Shown here piece after piece: positions 8,534 to 17,382 of a stretch of DNA of 64,000 nucleotides. The notes below the pieces were generated by a model. That model was not told the DNA's origin. It saw only the letters and a program-made list of their open reading frames with translations, and did not search any database. The stretch covers positions 1,088,001 through 1,152,000 of the forward strand of contig OZ243916.1 in NCBI GenBank assembly GCA_965213675.1. Reading direction: 5' to 3'. The number at the start of each line of letters is the position of its first letter. Within the stretch, counting starts at the first letter, position 1. The stretch is from an uncultured Candidatus Binatia bacterium (GTDB lineage Bacteria; Desulfobacterota; Binatia; UBA9968; JAJDTQ01). Position numbers and translations under genes: made by a program.

Positions 8534-9631
8534 ATGCTGTTTCTGACCAATGAGCACATCCAGGAAGTCCTCGACATGAAAACCTGCCTCGACGCCATGG
8601 AGGACGCCTACCGCGACCTTTCGAAAAACGAGGCGGCGTACCGGCCGCGCATCGACTTCTACGTGCCGCGGGAGCCCCACTTCTACCGCTGGGGCACCAT
8701 GGAGGGAGCAACCCGGTCCCTCGGCTACATGGCCATCCGCATGAAGTCGGACATGCTCGTGTGGGAGAAGAACGGCGATTTCGAGACCGAGGACAAGTAT
8801 TGCGTCGAACCCGGCACCTACTGCGGCCTCATCTTCCTCCTGAGCGTGCGCAACGGCGAGCCGCTGGCGCTGATGAACGACGGCTACCTGCAGCACATGC
8901 GCGTGGGCGCCTGCGCCGGACTCGGCGTCAAGTACCTGTCGCGCCAGAACTCGAAGGTGCTGGGCATGCTGGGCTCCGGCGGCATGGCGCGCACCTACAC
9001 CCGCGCCATCCACGAGGTGCGCGACATCGAATTGCTGCGCGTGTTCAGCCCCACCAAGGCCAACCGCGAAGCCTTCGCCGCGGAGATGCGCGAGCAGCTT
9101 GGGCTCCACGTCGAAACCTGCGACGACGCCCAAAGCGCGTGCCGCGGGGCGGACATCGTGGCGCTGGCCACGGACTCGCTGGTCCAGGTGATGAAGCCCG
9201 AATGGGTGGAGCCGGGCATGCATATCACCAACGTCCGCTCCAACGAGGCCGGGCCGGAAATCCTCGCCAAGTGCGACATCCAGGCGCGGCTGGGGGCCTC
9301 TACCCTGGTACTGGACAACCCGCCGCCGGGAACGGTCCACGGCAGCGACGGCATGTTCGCCTACATCGCCGGCACCGCGGACGACATGAAGAAGATTCCG
9401 CCCTCGCCCATCCGCGAGATCGACAACGCCAACATCGGCACCATCCCCGACCTCATGGCCGGCGCCTGGGCCGGACGCACCAGCGACGAGCAGGTGACCT
9501 TCCTCAACAACCAGGGCACCCAGGGGCTCCAGTTCGCGGCAGTGGGCGGCACCGCCTTCGAACTCGCCAAGGCCAAGGGGTTGGGCCATCCGCTGCCACG
9601 GGAGTGGTTCCTGCAGGACATCCGGGACTAG
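8534..9631 (+). CDS. Ornithine cyclodeaminase/mu-crystallin family protein
   Basis: HMRVGA, GSGGMA Rossmann motif, GLQFAAVG; AAGGAGG RBS. Confidence 0.9.
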   Translation: MLFLTNEHIQEVLDMKTCLDAMEDAYRDLSKNEAAYRPRIDFYVPREPHFYRWGTMEGATRSLGYMAIRMKSDMLVWEKNGDFETEDKYCVEPGTYCGLIFLLSVRNGEPLALMNDGYLQHMRVGACAGLGVKYLSRQNSKVLGMLGSGGMARTYTRAIHEVRDIELLRVFSPTKANREAFAAEMREQLGLHVETCDDAQSACRGADIVALATDSLVQVMKPEWVEPGMHITNVRSNEAGPEILAKCDIQARLGASTLVLDNPPPGTVHGSDGMFAYIAGTADDMKKIPPSPIREIDNANIGTIPDLMAGAWAGRTSDEQVTFLNNQGTQGLQFAAVGGTAFELAKAKGLGHPLPREWFLQDIRD

Positions 9632-9722
9632 GAGCCTGCAGCGGACAAGGGCGTCACGTTGTCGTGGATGTCCAGAGACACGGTCTCAACCGATCAGCGT
9701 CTGGTGCCGGACAGCGAACCCA

Positions 9723-10778
9723 ATGCCCGATACCACAGCCCTTTCCCCGCAACGGGCACGCATGCGCGCGGCCGTGCTGCGCTGGTACGACCGCAACAAG
9801 CGTGACCTGCCCTGGCGGAGAACCCGCGATCCCTATGCCATCTGGATCGCGGAAACGATGCTCCAGCAGACCCAAGTCGCAACCGTCGTACCTTACTACC
9901 ACCGCTTCATGGACGCGTTCCCGTCGGTGGAGGTTCTGGCAAGGGCGCCGTTGGACGCCATCCGCGGTGTCTGGAGCGGTCTGGGATACTATCGGCGAGC
10001 GGCCAATCTCCAGCAGTCCGCGCGGGCACTGTTGAGCCGGCACGGCAGCCGCCTGCCCGACGACTTCGACGCATTGCTGCGTCTGCCAGGTATCGGCAAG
10101 TATACCGCCGGGGCGGTGATGAGCATCGCCTTCGGCCGGCCCTATCCCGCCGTGGACGGCAACGTTCGCCGTGTCTACGCGCGCCTGCTCGGCCTCACCG
10201 ACACGAAGCCGCTGGAACAAGCGGCCCGGCAGATGGTTTCCCGCTCACGCCCCGGAGACTTCAATCAGGCGCTGATGGAGCTCGGCGCCACCGTCTGCGT
10301 TCCCGCCGCGCCGCTGTGCGGGCGCTGCCCGCTGGCGCATTGGTGTCAGGCTCGGGCTGCCGGCTCCTTCGAGCTACCGCGCGCCCGGCGCATTGAGACC
10401 AAGGCCGTGGAATGGCCCCTGGTGGTGGTGGAATGGGCATCGAGCATCCTGCTGCACCGCCGGCCGGACGACGGGCTCCTGGCCGGGCTATGGGAACTGC
10501 CCGCGCCCGAGACGCTACCGCCCGAGTTGGCCGAGGAAGCCTGCGCCGCGCCGCCCGTCACGGTCATCCGTCATGCCATCACCGACATGCGCATCACCGC
10601 TCCGGTCTATTGGCTGCGCCGGGAAGCACGTGTGCGGGGCAATGCATGGCGTTGGGTCGAGATCGGCGCGCTGTCCGGCTATCCCCTGTCCTCCCTCTGC
10701 ACCAAGGCCCTGGCCGCCGCGCGTCCCCGGCTGGACGCACTCCCGTCCGGCGACAGCGCCGGGGATGCGCAGGAGTGA
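9723..10778 (+). CDS. mutY: A/G-specific adenine DNA glycosylase
   Basis: RDLPWR, ETMLQQT, GLGYY, LPGIGKYTA, VDGNV and CX6CX2CX5C Fe-S motif. Confidence 0.95.
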   Translation: MPDTTALSPQRARMRAAVLRWYDRNKRDLPWRRTRDPYAIWIAETMLQQTQVATVVPYYHRFMDAFPSVEVLARAPLDAIRGVWSGLGYYRRAANLQQSARALLSRHGSRLPDDFDALLRLPGIGKYTAGAVMSIAFGRPYPAVDGNVRRVYARLLGLTDTKPLEQAARQMVSRSRPGDFNQALMELGATVCVPAAPLCGRCPLAHWCQARAAGSFELPRARRIETKAVEWPLVVVEWASSILLHRRPDDGLLAGLWELPAPETLPPELAEEACAAPPVTVIRHAITDMRITAPVYWLRREARVRGNAWRWVEIGALSGYPLSSLCTKALAAARPRLDALPSGDSAGDAQE

Positions 10779-10790
10779 CGACTCCATGCG

Positions 10791-10819
10791 TTGACGGCCC
10801 GTAACCTGCCAAATATAGT
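10791..10819 (+). promoter_or_regulatory. Sigma70-like promoter
   Basis: TTGACG-N17-TATAGT upstream of the MOSC gene. Confidence 0.55.
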
Positions 10820-10860
10820 CTCCGAAAACCGTCTCCGAGAACCAGTCCCACGGGAGCGCC

Positions 10861-11313
10861 ATGGGTACGGTACTAGCGATCTACATCGCCTCCGAAGGCA
10901 GCGCGCACATGCGCAAGGTGGACGAAGCCGAGGCCGTGGCCAGCATGGGTCTCAGGGGCGACCGCTACTGCGACGCAACGGGCTATTACAGCGGCTGGGA
11001 CGAGTGCCAGGTGACCCTGATCGAAGCCGAGGACTTGGAGGAAATCGCCGCTGCGTCGGGCATCCAGGTGCTCAACGGCGAACACCGGCGCAACATCGTC
11101 ACACGCGACACCCGCCTGGACGACCTTGTGGGCCATGCGTTTCGCGTCGGCGAGGCGGTACTGGCGTTCGACCGGCCGCGGCCGCCGTGTGCGTACATCC
11201 AGTCCATCACCGAACCGGGCATGACCCGAGCCCTCATGGGCAAGAGCGGCATCTGTGCGCTGGTGGTTCAGGGCGGCGTTATCCGGCCCGGCGACGACAT
11301 CGCCGTCCTGTGA
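10861..11313 (+). CDS. MOSC domain protein
   Basis: GLRGDRY, RRNIVT, PRPPC, GVIRPGD. Confidence 0.9.
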   Translation: MGTVLAIYIASEGSAHMRKVDEAEAVASMGLRGDRYCDATGYYSGWDECQVTLIEAEDLEEIAAASGIQVLNGEHRRNIVTRDTRLDDLVGHAFRVGEAVLAFDRPRPPCAYIQSITEPGMTRALMGKSGICALVVQGGVIRPGDDIAVL

Positions 11314-11329
11314 TGTTTGTGATGTTGCG

Positions 11330-12649
11330 GTGCCAGTGACCCCTCCCGTACCCACGCCGGCTCCGGCCGGGTCGCGGTTCACGTTCTTCTACGGCTGGAT
11401 CATCCTCCTCGGAGGCTTCCTCATACTGGTGGTGGACGGCGGCGTGCGTTTTTCCTTCGGCGTGCTGGTGAAGCCTCTGGCGGCGGAGTTCGGCTGGGAG
11501 CGGGGCGCCATCACCCTGGCCTATACGCTCAATATGCTGGTGTTCGGCTTCAGCCAGATGATGGCCGGAAAGTTGCTGGACCGCTACGGTCCGCGGCTGC
11601 TGTTTTCGGTGTCGGCGCTGGCCGCGTCCGCCGGCATATTCCTGACGTCTCGCACCAGCTCCCTGTCCGAGCTCTATCTCTACTATGGCGTGTTCACCGC
11701 CATCGGCGTATCGGGGATCACCATCGGCGTGGTGTCTTCCACGGTCTCCCGGTGGTTTCGCAGCCTGCGCGGCCTCATCGGCGGCATCGCGGTCACCGGC
11801 ACGGCGTTCGGACAGTTTGCGGTGATCCCGGCGCTGGCCTACTCACTCGAACGCTTCGGATGGCGCGGTTCGTGGGCCGGACTGGGCGTCCTGGTGTCCG
11901 TGGTGGTGATCCCGGTGGCGTCGACGCTCATGCGGAAGGAACCCGCGGACCTGGGCCTATCGCCCTACGAGATCGGCGGCGGGAACAGGCCGGTTCCCCG
12001 CGCCAGTCCGGTCCCGGACCTGCCGCCGCGTCAGGCCTTCCTTTCCCCGACGTTCCTCTTCACCGCGCTGGCCTACGGCCTGTGCGGTTTTCAGGACTTC
12101 TTCTTCGTGACCCAGTTCATCCCCTTCGCCACCGACGCCGGGCTGACCAGCCAACAGGCCTCCAACATCCAGGGCTTGGCCGGCCTGTTGGGCATGGCCG
12201 GGGTGCTGGCGTTTCCGGCGCTGACCGAGAAGCTTGGACACGGCCTGCCCCTGTCGGCCATGTTCCTCTTGCGCATCGTCTGCTTCGGGCTGTTGGCGTT
12301 CGAGTCCACGGAAGCCGCGATCATCACCGCCGCCCTGTTGATGGGGTTCACGCTGATGGCCACCGCCCCGCTGGCCGCGGCCATTACCGGCGACTACTTC
12401 GGCCTGCGCCACATCGGCCTCATCACCGGGGCGATTCTTTGGGCGCATCACACCGGCGGGGCCATGGGCGCTCTCCTGGGAGGCCTCGTCCACGACGCCA
12501 CCGGCTCCTACGACGGGGTGTTCCTGGCGTGTTTCGTCATGGCGTTCGCGGGAGCGGCGGCGTGCCTGGGAATCCGTCCACCGCCTCAGTCGTCTTCGGC
12601 AGCCAGCTCCTCCCGGCACTTACGCCACCGGCCGCGGAACTGGTGGTAG
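11330..12649 (+). CDS. MFS transporter (OFA/MCT-like)
   Basis: FFYGW, GKLLDRYGPR motif A, about 12 hydrophobic segments; start uncertain. Confidence 0.9.
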   Translation: MPVTPPVPTPAPAGSRFTFFYGWIILLGGFLILVVDGGVRFSFGVLVKPLAAEFGWERGAITLAYTLNMLVFGFSQMMAGKLLDRYGPRLLFSVSALAASAGIFLTSRTSSLSELYLYYGVFTAIGVSGITIGVVSSTVSRWFRSLRGLIGGIAVTGTAFGQFAVIPALAYSLERFGWRGSWAGLGVLVSVVVIPVASTLMRKEPADLGLSPYEIGGGNRPVPRASPVPDLPPRQAFLSPTFLFTALAYGLCGFQDFFFVTQFIPFATDAGLTSQQASNIQGLAGLLGMAGVLAFPALTEKLGHGLPLSAMFLLRIVCFGLLAFESTEAAIITAALLMGFTLMATAPLAAAITGDYFGLRHIGLITGAILWAHHTGGAMGALLGGLVHDATGSYDGVFLACFVMAFAGAAACLGIRPPPQSSSAASSSRHLRHRPRNWW

Positions 12650-13632
12650 GTCAGACCGAGCGCTTTTGCCGCCTGGCGCTGATTGTAACGCGCCTCTGTC
12701 AGGCTCTCGCGGATCATGCGCAACTCAAGTTCTCTCACCGCCTCCTCGAGCGACCGGTCCGGCCCTTCAGGGACAGCCTGGGGATCTCGCGCCGAGCCGT
12801 CCGGGGCCAAGGAAGCTGGGGCCGGCGCCGGTCCCTCGATGCCGTCGCCCGCATCCGTGCCAAACGGCGACACGAACGGATCGATGACGAGTTCGTCGAT
12901 GGTGGGCGTATCGGATCGATACACCGCGCGCTCCACCACGTTCCTGAGCTCGCGAACGTTGCCCGGCCAGGCGTAGCTCTCCATTTGCGCCACCGCGCGA
13001 CGGCTGAATTGGGGAAGAGCTTCCCAACACAGCTCATGCGCCATGCGCGCGGCAAAGTGGTTGGCCAGCAACAGGATGTCCTCTCCGCGACGGCGCAAGG
13101 GCGGCACGAAGAGGACGTCGAACGACAGCCGATCCAGCAGGTCAAGTTTGAACCGGCCCTGGCGGGCCAGCGCGGGCAGGTCCGCGTTGGTCGCGCCGAT
13201 GATTCTCGTGTCCACTTGCACGGGTCGCGAAGACCCCACCCGTTCGAAACTGCCATACTCCACCACCCGAAGAATCTTCTCCTGAACCTCCGTGGGAGTC
13301 TGAGCGATCTCGTCCAGGAACAGGGTTCCCTCCGTGGCCGCCTCGAACCGTCCGGCGCGCCGTTGCCGCGCGCCGGTGAACGCGCCCTCCTCATGGCCGA
13401 ACAATTCCGACTCCAGCAATGTGGGCGCCAGCGCCGCGCAGTTCAGGGCAACGAGGGGTCCGCGCCAACGTTGTGACAGATAGTGCAGCTTGGCCGCGGC
13501 CAGCTCCTTGCCGGTACCGCGTTCACCGATCAACAGGATCGGACGATCAACCCTGGCGGCACGGGACAGCATCTCCTGAAAGTCCAGAAAGGCATTGGAC
13601 TGTCCCAGCGGCTCTGTATAGGCTTCCGGCAT
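12586..13632 (-). CDS. pspF: Phage shock protein operon sigma54 activator
   Basis: GERGTGKE, GAFTGA, WPGNVREL, HTH LTYHQFR; no N-terminal sensor domain; divergent from pspA. Confidence 0.96.
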   Translation of the reverse strand: MPEAYTEPLGQSNAFLDFQEMLSRAARVDRPILLIGERGTGKELAAAKLHYLSQRWRGPLVALNCAALAPTLLESELFGHEEGAFTGARQRRAGRFEAATEGTLFLDEIAQTPTEVQEKILRVVEYGSFERVGSSRPVQVDTRIIGATNADLPALARQGRFKLDLLDRLSFDVLFVPPLRRRGEDILLLANHFAARMAHELCWEALPQFSRRAVAQMESYAWPGNVRELRNVVERAVYRSDTPTIDELVIDPFVSPFGTDAGDGIEGPAPAPASLAPDGSARDPQAVPEGPDRSLEEAVRELELRMIRESLTEARYNQRQAAKALGLTYHQFRGRWRKCREELAAEDD

Positions 13633-13647
13633 GGATCTTCCTAATGA

Positions 13648-13703
13648 TGGTAAATATTACCACTAGTAGATGAAATATACTAATATAAGGTATATTTTAC
13701 CAA
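13648..13703. promoter_or_regulatory. Putative PspF upstream activator sites
   Basis: Palindrome TGGTAA-ATA-TTACCA (13648-13662) plus two degenerate copies. Confidence 0.65.
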
Positions 13704-13740
13704 CAGCACAAAGGGCCGCGACAAACCACAAAGTCAATGA

Positions 13741-13785
13741 AAACAGTACCTTGTAAACCAACCTGCGGTTGGCACTCTTTGTGCT
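13741..13785 (+). promoter_or_regulatory. IHF-like site and sigma54 -24/-12 promoter of pspA
   Basis: AAACAGTACCTTG (IHF-like) and TGGCAC-TCTTT-GTGCT with GG-N10-GC. Confidence 0.8.
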
Positions 13786-13843
13786 TTCTCCATAGGCCAG
13801 CGGGACCCGCATGTTTCCCGCGAATACCCACGGAGGAAGTCGA

Positions 13844-14512
13844 ATGGGAATCTTTACACGCTTGAGCGACATCGTCAGCTCGAACATCAACTCGATGCTG
13901 GACAAGGCGGAGAATCCGGAAAAGCTCATCCGGCTGATGATACAGGAGATGGAGGATACGCTGGTGGAGATCAAGGTGGCTTGCGCCCAGGCGATGGCGA
14001 CGCGCAAGAAGGTCGAGCGCGAGCTCGATGAAGCGCGGCAACGCCACGACCAGTGGGCGGACAAGGCCAGGCTCGCCGTGAACAAGGGACGTGAAGACCT
14101 GGCGCGGGAGGCGCTGATGGAGAAGCGGCGCTATCGGGAACGCTCGGAGACCCTGGAGAGCGAGGCGGTGCAGTGCGGCGGCATCATTGAACAATACCAG
14201 TCGGACATGGTCCAGTTGGAAGACAAGCTGGCGAAGGCGAAGGAAAAGCAGCGCATCCTGGTACAGCGCCACATTCAGGCGCACGAGCGGAAGCGCGCGC
14301 AGACCGGGGTCCGCAAGATGGGCAGCGCGGACACGATGCTGCGTTTCGAGCAGTTCGAGAACCGTATCGAGCGCATGGAGGCCGAAGCCGATCTGGTCAA
14401 CTTCGCGCGCAAACCGGATCACGATGATGAGTTTACCCGCCTGGGACAGGACGACGAGATCGAAGCCGAACTGCGGGCGCTCAAGGATGCCGCCGGGCGA
14501 TCCGGCGCCTGA
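13844..14512 (+). CDS. pspA: Phage shock protein A
   Basis: MGIFTRLSDIVSSNINSMLDKAENPEKLIRLMIQEMEDTLVE; GGAGG RBS. Confidence 0.97.
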   Translation: MGIFTRLSDIVSSNINSMLDKAENPEKLIRLMIQEMEDTLVEIKVACAQAMATRKKVERELDEARQRHDQWADKARLAVNKGREDLAREALMEKRRYRERSETLESEAVQCGGIIEQYQSDMVQLEDKLAKAKEKQRILVQRHIQAHERKRAQTGVRKMGSADTMLRFEQFENRIERMEAEADLVNFARKPDHDDEFTRLGQDDEIEAELRALKDAAGRSGA

Positions 14513-14557
14513 GATGCGGCGGCGGCGTGTGCGGCTGAATCGCGTGGGTGAGCAAGT

Positions 14558-14791
14558 ATGACACCGGAGAGCATCGTGGGATTGGTGTTGGGCGTACTGG
14601 GGATCCTCCTGATCCTGGGCGCGGTCTTGATTGTCATGGTGGTATGGGCCATCAAGGCGCTCCGCGGCAACGGGGGCGGCGGCGATGAGGCGCAGTTGAT
14701 GCAAGAGCTCTACCAAGGGCTAAGCCGGCTCGAAGACCGCGTGGAATCCCTGGAGACCATTTTACTCGACAGAAAGGATGGAAACCCATGA
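14558..14791 (+). CDS. pspB: Phage shock protein B
   Basis: N-terminal TM segment plus RLEDRVESLETIL; position in operon. Confidence 0.88.
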   Translation: MTPESIVGLVLGVLGILLILGAVLIVMVVWAIKALRGNGGGGDEAQLMQELYQGLSRLEDRVESLETILLDRKDGNP

Positions 14792-15180
14792 TTCGAGGCA
14801 ATTCGAGGATGACCGGCATCTACCGCTCGCGTCGCGGTGTGATCCTGGGCGTGTGCCGCGGTCTCGCGGAATACCTGGACGTGCGGGTATTGTGGATCCG
14901 GGTGATCGCCGTGGTGCTGTTGATCAGCACCGGTTTCTGGCCGGTCGCCGGTCTCTACCTGCTGGCCGCCCTGATCCTGAAACCGGAGCCCGTGCTGCCC
15001 TTGCGGACGGAGGGAGAACAGGACTTCTACAACAGCTACGCACACTCGCGCACCATTGCGCTGAATCGCCTGCGCCGCACCTTCGGTCAGCTCGACCGCC
15101 GTATACGCCGCATGGAGAACATGGTCACCGACCGCGAGTACGATTGGGAGAGAAGGCTGCGCACCGGAGAAAGGGAGTAA
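14788..15180 (+). CDS. pspC: Phage shock protein C
   Basis: YRSRRGVILGVCRGLAEY; C-terminal RIRRMENMVT. Confidence 0.93.
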   Translation: MIRGNSRMTGIYRSRRGVILGVCRGLAEYLDVRVLWIRVIAVVLLISTGFWPVAGLYLLAALILKPEPVLPLRTEGEQDFYNSYAHSRTIALNRLRRTFGQLDRRIRRMENMVTDREYDWERRLRTGERE

Positions 15181-15223
15181 AGGGAGGGTAGGCCACACTA
15201 GACAGGGTTCCCACAGATGGCGT

Positions 15224-16384
15224 TCACCCGCGGGTCACCCGGAAGCGGGCCATGAAGCGGCTGTCGAGGTAGTCCTTGAGGCGCCAGCACCAGCGGGCGT
15301 GGGCGGCCCATCCCTTGTAGTCCATCAGCGCCTTGCCGTCGCCGGTGTTGAGGAGGCGCAGGAAATCGTGCTGCGGCTCGTAGCGCGACAGCGGCTCGTT
15401 CCGCGCCAGCGCGCCGATGTTGCGCCACAGCACCGGGCCTTGGCGCACGGCATGCACACCGGCCTTGGGGACGGCCGCACCGGCGAGGGAGCCGCTGTCC
15501 CCCACGGCGAACACATGGTCCGAACCCGTGGACTGGAGGGTCCCGCGGGTCAAAAGGAAGCCCTTGGGGTCCTTCGGCAAGGCAATATGATCCAGCACGG
15601 GAGGCGGCGCGGCGCCGGCGGCCAGGATGACAAGGTCCGCGGGAATGCGGCGGCCGCCGGCCCACGCGGCCGCTTGCGCGTCCACACGCGTGATCCGGGT
15701 GTCCGTGAGCACCTCCACGCCGCGGGACGCCAGCAGAGCATCCACCAGGTGAAACGCCCTCGGCGACAGTCCGCCGGCGATGCGCTTGCCCGCGTCGACG
15801 AGGGTGATGTCGTAGCGCAACCCGCCGGACAGCCGGTTCAGGTACGCGGGCAGGCACAGGCTGATCTCGATGCCGCCCACGCCGCCGCCGATGATCAATA
15901 CCCGGATGGCCTCCCTGCCTTGCCACTTCAAATCCTGGAGCCGTTCGTAGAGCCGCATGAGGAAAGTCTGCATGGGCTTTATGGAAACCCACGCGCCGGC
16001 GCCGGCGTGGAGACCGGCACGGTTGGGCACCGAGCCGGCGCCCACGGAGAGGATGTCGAACGGCACGGGCTCGTGCTTCTCGAAGAGGACGGTGCGGGCC
16101 TCCGCGTCCACGCCCACGGCCGGCTCCGCCACCAGCTCGGCCCGGGCCGCGTGGGCCAGGCTCCGTAGTTCGATCTCCAACATGCCCGGGGGGTACTGGC
16201 CCGACAGCGTACCGGGCAACATGCCGGAATAGGTGGCCGCGGCAAAGCTCGATACGCACACCAGCCGGGCGCCCGCCATGGGCTCCCGGCGCCACATGTC
16301 GAGGACATGGGCGTTGGTGTGACCGATGCCAAGGAGGACGATCCGGGTTGCCTTGGCAGGTTGTGACAATACTCCGGCTGACAC
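15224..16384 (-). CDS. FAD-dependent pyridine nucleotide-disulfide oxidoreductase (SelD N-terminal-like, stand-alone)
   Basis: LLGIGHTN, YSGMLPG, GGGVGG, VFAVGD, PKAGVHAVRQGP, KDYLDSRFM; start uncertain. Confidence 0.85.
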   Translation of the reverse strand: MSAGVLSQPAKATRIVLLGIGHTNAHVLDMWRREPMAGARLVCVSSFAAATYSGMLPGTLSGQYPPGMLEIELRSLAHAARAELVAEPAVGVDAEARTVLFEKHEPVPFDILSVGAGSVPNRAGLHAGAGAWVSIKPMQTFLMRLYERLQDLKWQGREAIRVLIIGGGVGGIEISLCLPAYLNRLSGGLRYDITLVDAGKRIAGGLSPRAFHLVDALLASRGVEVLTDTRITRVDAQAAAWAGGRRIPADLVILAAGAAPPPVLDHIALPKDPKGFLLTRGTLQSTGSDHVFAVGDSGSLAGAAVPKAGVHAVRQGPVLWRNIGALARNEPLSRYEPQHDFLRLLNTGDGKALMDYKGWAAHARWCWRLKDYLDSRFMARFRVTRG

Positions 16385-16391
16385 CTGCGGG

Positions 16392-16425
16392 CGCCCTTCG
16401 ACTTCACTTCGCTCAGGGTGAACGG
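16392..16425. repeat. REP-like element (CCCTTCGAC..GCTCAGGGTGAACGG type)
   Basis: Intergenic; possible degenerate relative near 63190-63232. Confidence 0.5.
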
Positions 16426-16451
16426 AGCCAGACTGAATGCGCAACAGCCTG

Positions 16452-17063
16452 TCAGAGGATGACGCGAACCGACGGGCGCGCCGCCATGCGCTGGTGCCAG
16501 GCGTCCAGCAACGGCAGGCTCGGATGCGGCAAAACGCCCCACTGGACGTGGCGCATGACCCGCGGGAAGTGGGCGGCATCGAGGAGCGAGAAGTCGCCGG
16601 CCATATAGTCGCGGCCGTCAAGCTCGCGTTCCAGCGGTTGCAGTTCCTCCAGAAAGCGAGCCGTGGCGGCGGCCAACGCACCGGCGTCACGCTCGGCCTC
16701 CGGCTTCATCATCTCGGCGCGGATGGCCTGATGGCTCTCGTTGGTGTGAACGATGCCATAGTCGATGAGAATGCGGATACGCGCACGTGTGGCGGGGTCG
16801 GCGGGCAGCAACGGCGGGTCCGGGTATTGCTCCTCCAGGTACTCGTTGATGATGCAGGACTCGTAGAGCACCGTGCCGCCGTCCACCAGCGCCGGGACCT
16901 TGCCGTGAGGGTTCATGGCGAGGTACTCCGGCGCCTTCTGCTCGCGCTTGCGCAGGTCCACGGGAACCGTCTCGTAGGCAAGGCTCTTCTCTTCCAGGAC
17001 GATCTTCACCCGCTGGCAGTTGGGCGAGGTCGCGAAATCATACAGCTTGATGGCATCGCTCAT
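16452..17063 (-). CDS. Glutathione S-transferase family protein
   Basis: SPNC, NPHGKVPAL, ESCII, GDFSLLD. Confidence 0.93.
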   Translation of the reverse strand: MSDAIKLYDFATSPNCQRVKIVLEEKSLAYETVPVDLRKREQKAPEYLAMNPHGKVPALVDGGTVLYESCIINEYLEEQYPDPPLLPADPATRARIRILIDYGIVHTNESHQAIRAEMMKPEAERDAGALAAATARFLEELQPLERELDGRDYMAGDFSLLDAAHFPRVMRHVQWGVLPHPSLPLLDAWHQRMAARPSVRVIL

Positions 17064-17172
17064 GGTACGATCCTCCGGTGCCCTGTCACATGCAATCTTG
17101 AACTATTACACTTGGGAGCTCGCGCAGAACTTCTCGTTGCCGGCAACCACCACTTGTCCGCATTGATGACTC

Positions 17173-17198
17173 GCAGGGGCGACCGGCGGTCGCCGCCT
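17173..17198. repeat. REP-like palindrome, GCAGGGGCGACC..GGTCGCC family
   Basis: Relatives at 23088-23114, 27971-27997, 57870-57896, 57942-57961. Confidence 0.65.
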
Positions 17199-17215
17199 GT
17201 CGCGGTCACCGTGCT

Positions 17216-17378
17216 GGGAGCCTGTCCGGTTTATCAAGAATCTGCTGCGAGGCAGGGAAATGGGTCCATTTCCGGTTGGATTTTCGTCCGATATTACCAA
17301 TATTCTCCTCAAATCCGCCCGAAACTGGCCTCCATTTCTCTGCCTCTCGCTACGATTCGATAATCCCGACAGGCTCCC
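17216..17378. mobile_element. Long-hairpin MITE-like element, family B (GGAGCCTG ends)
   Basis: Terminal IR GGGAGCCTGTC/GACAGGCTCCC; imperfect palindrome along its length; AT-richer than flanks. Confidence 0.72.
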
Positions 17379-17382
17379 GGCG

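Noticed and set aside
15224-16690. 488-aa version of the oxidoreductase
   Set aside because: The N-terminal ~100 aa overlap the GST gene in another frame and cross a REP
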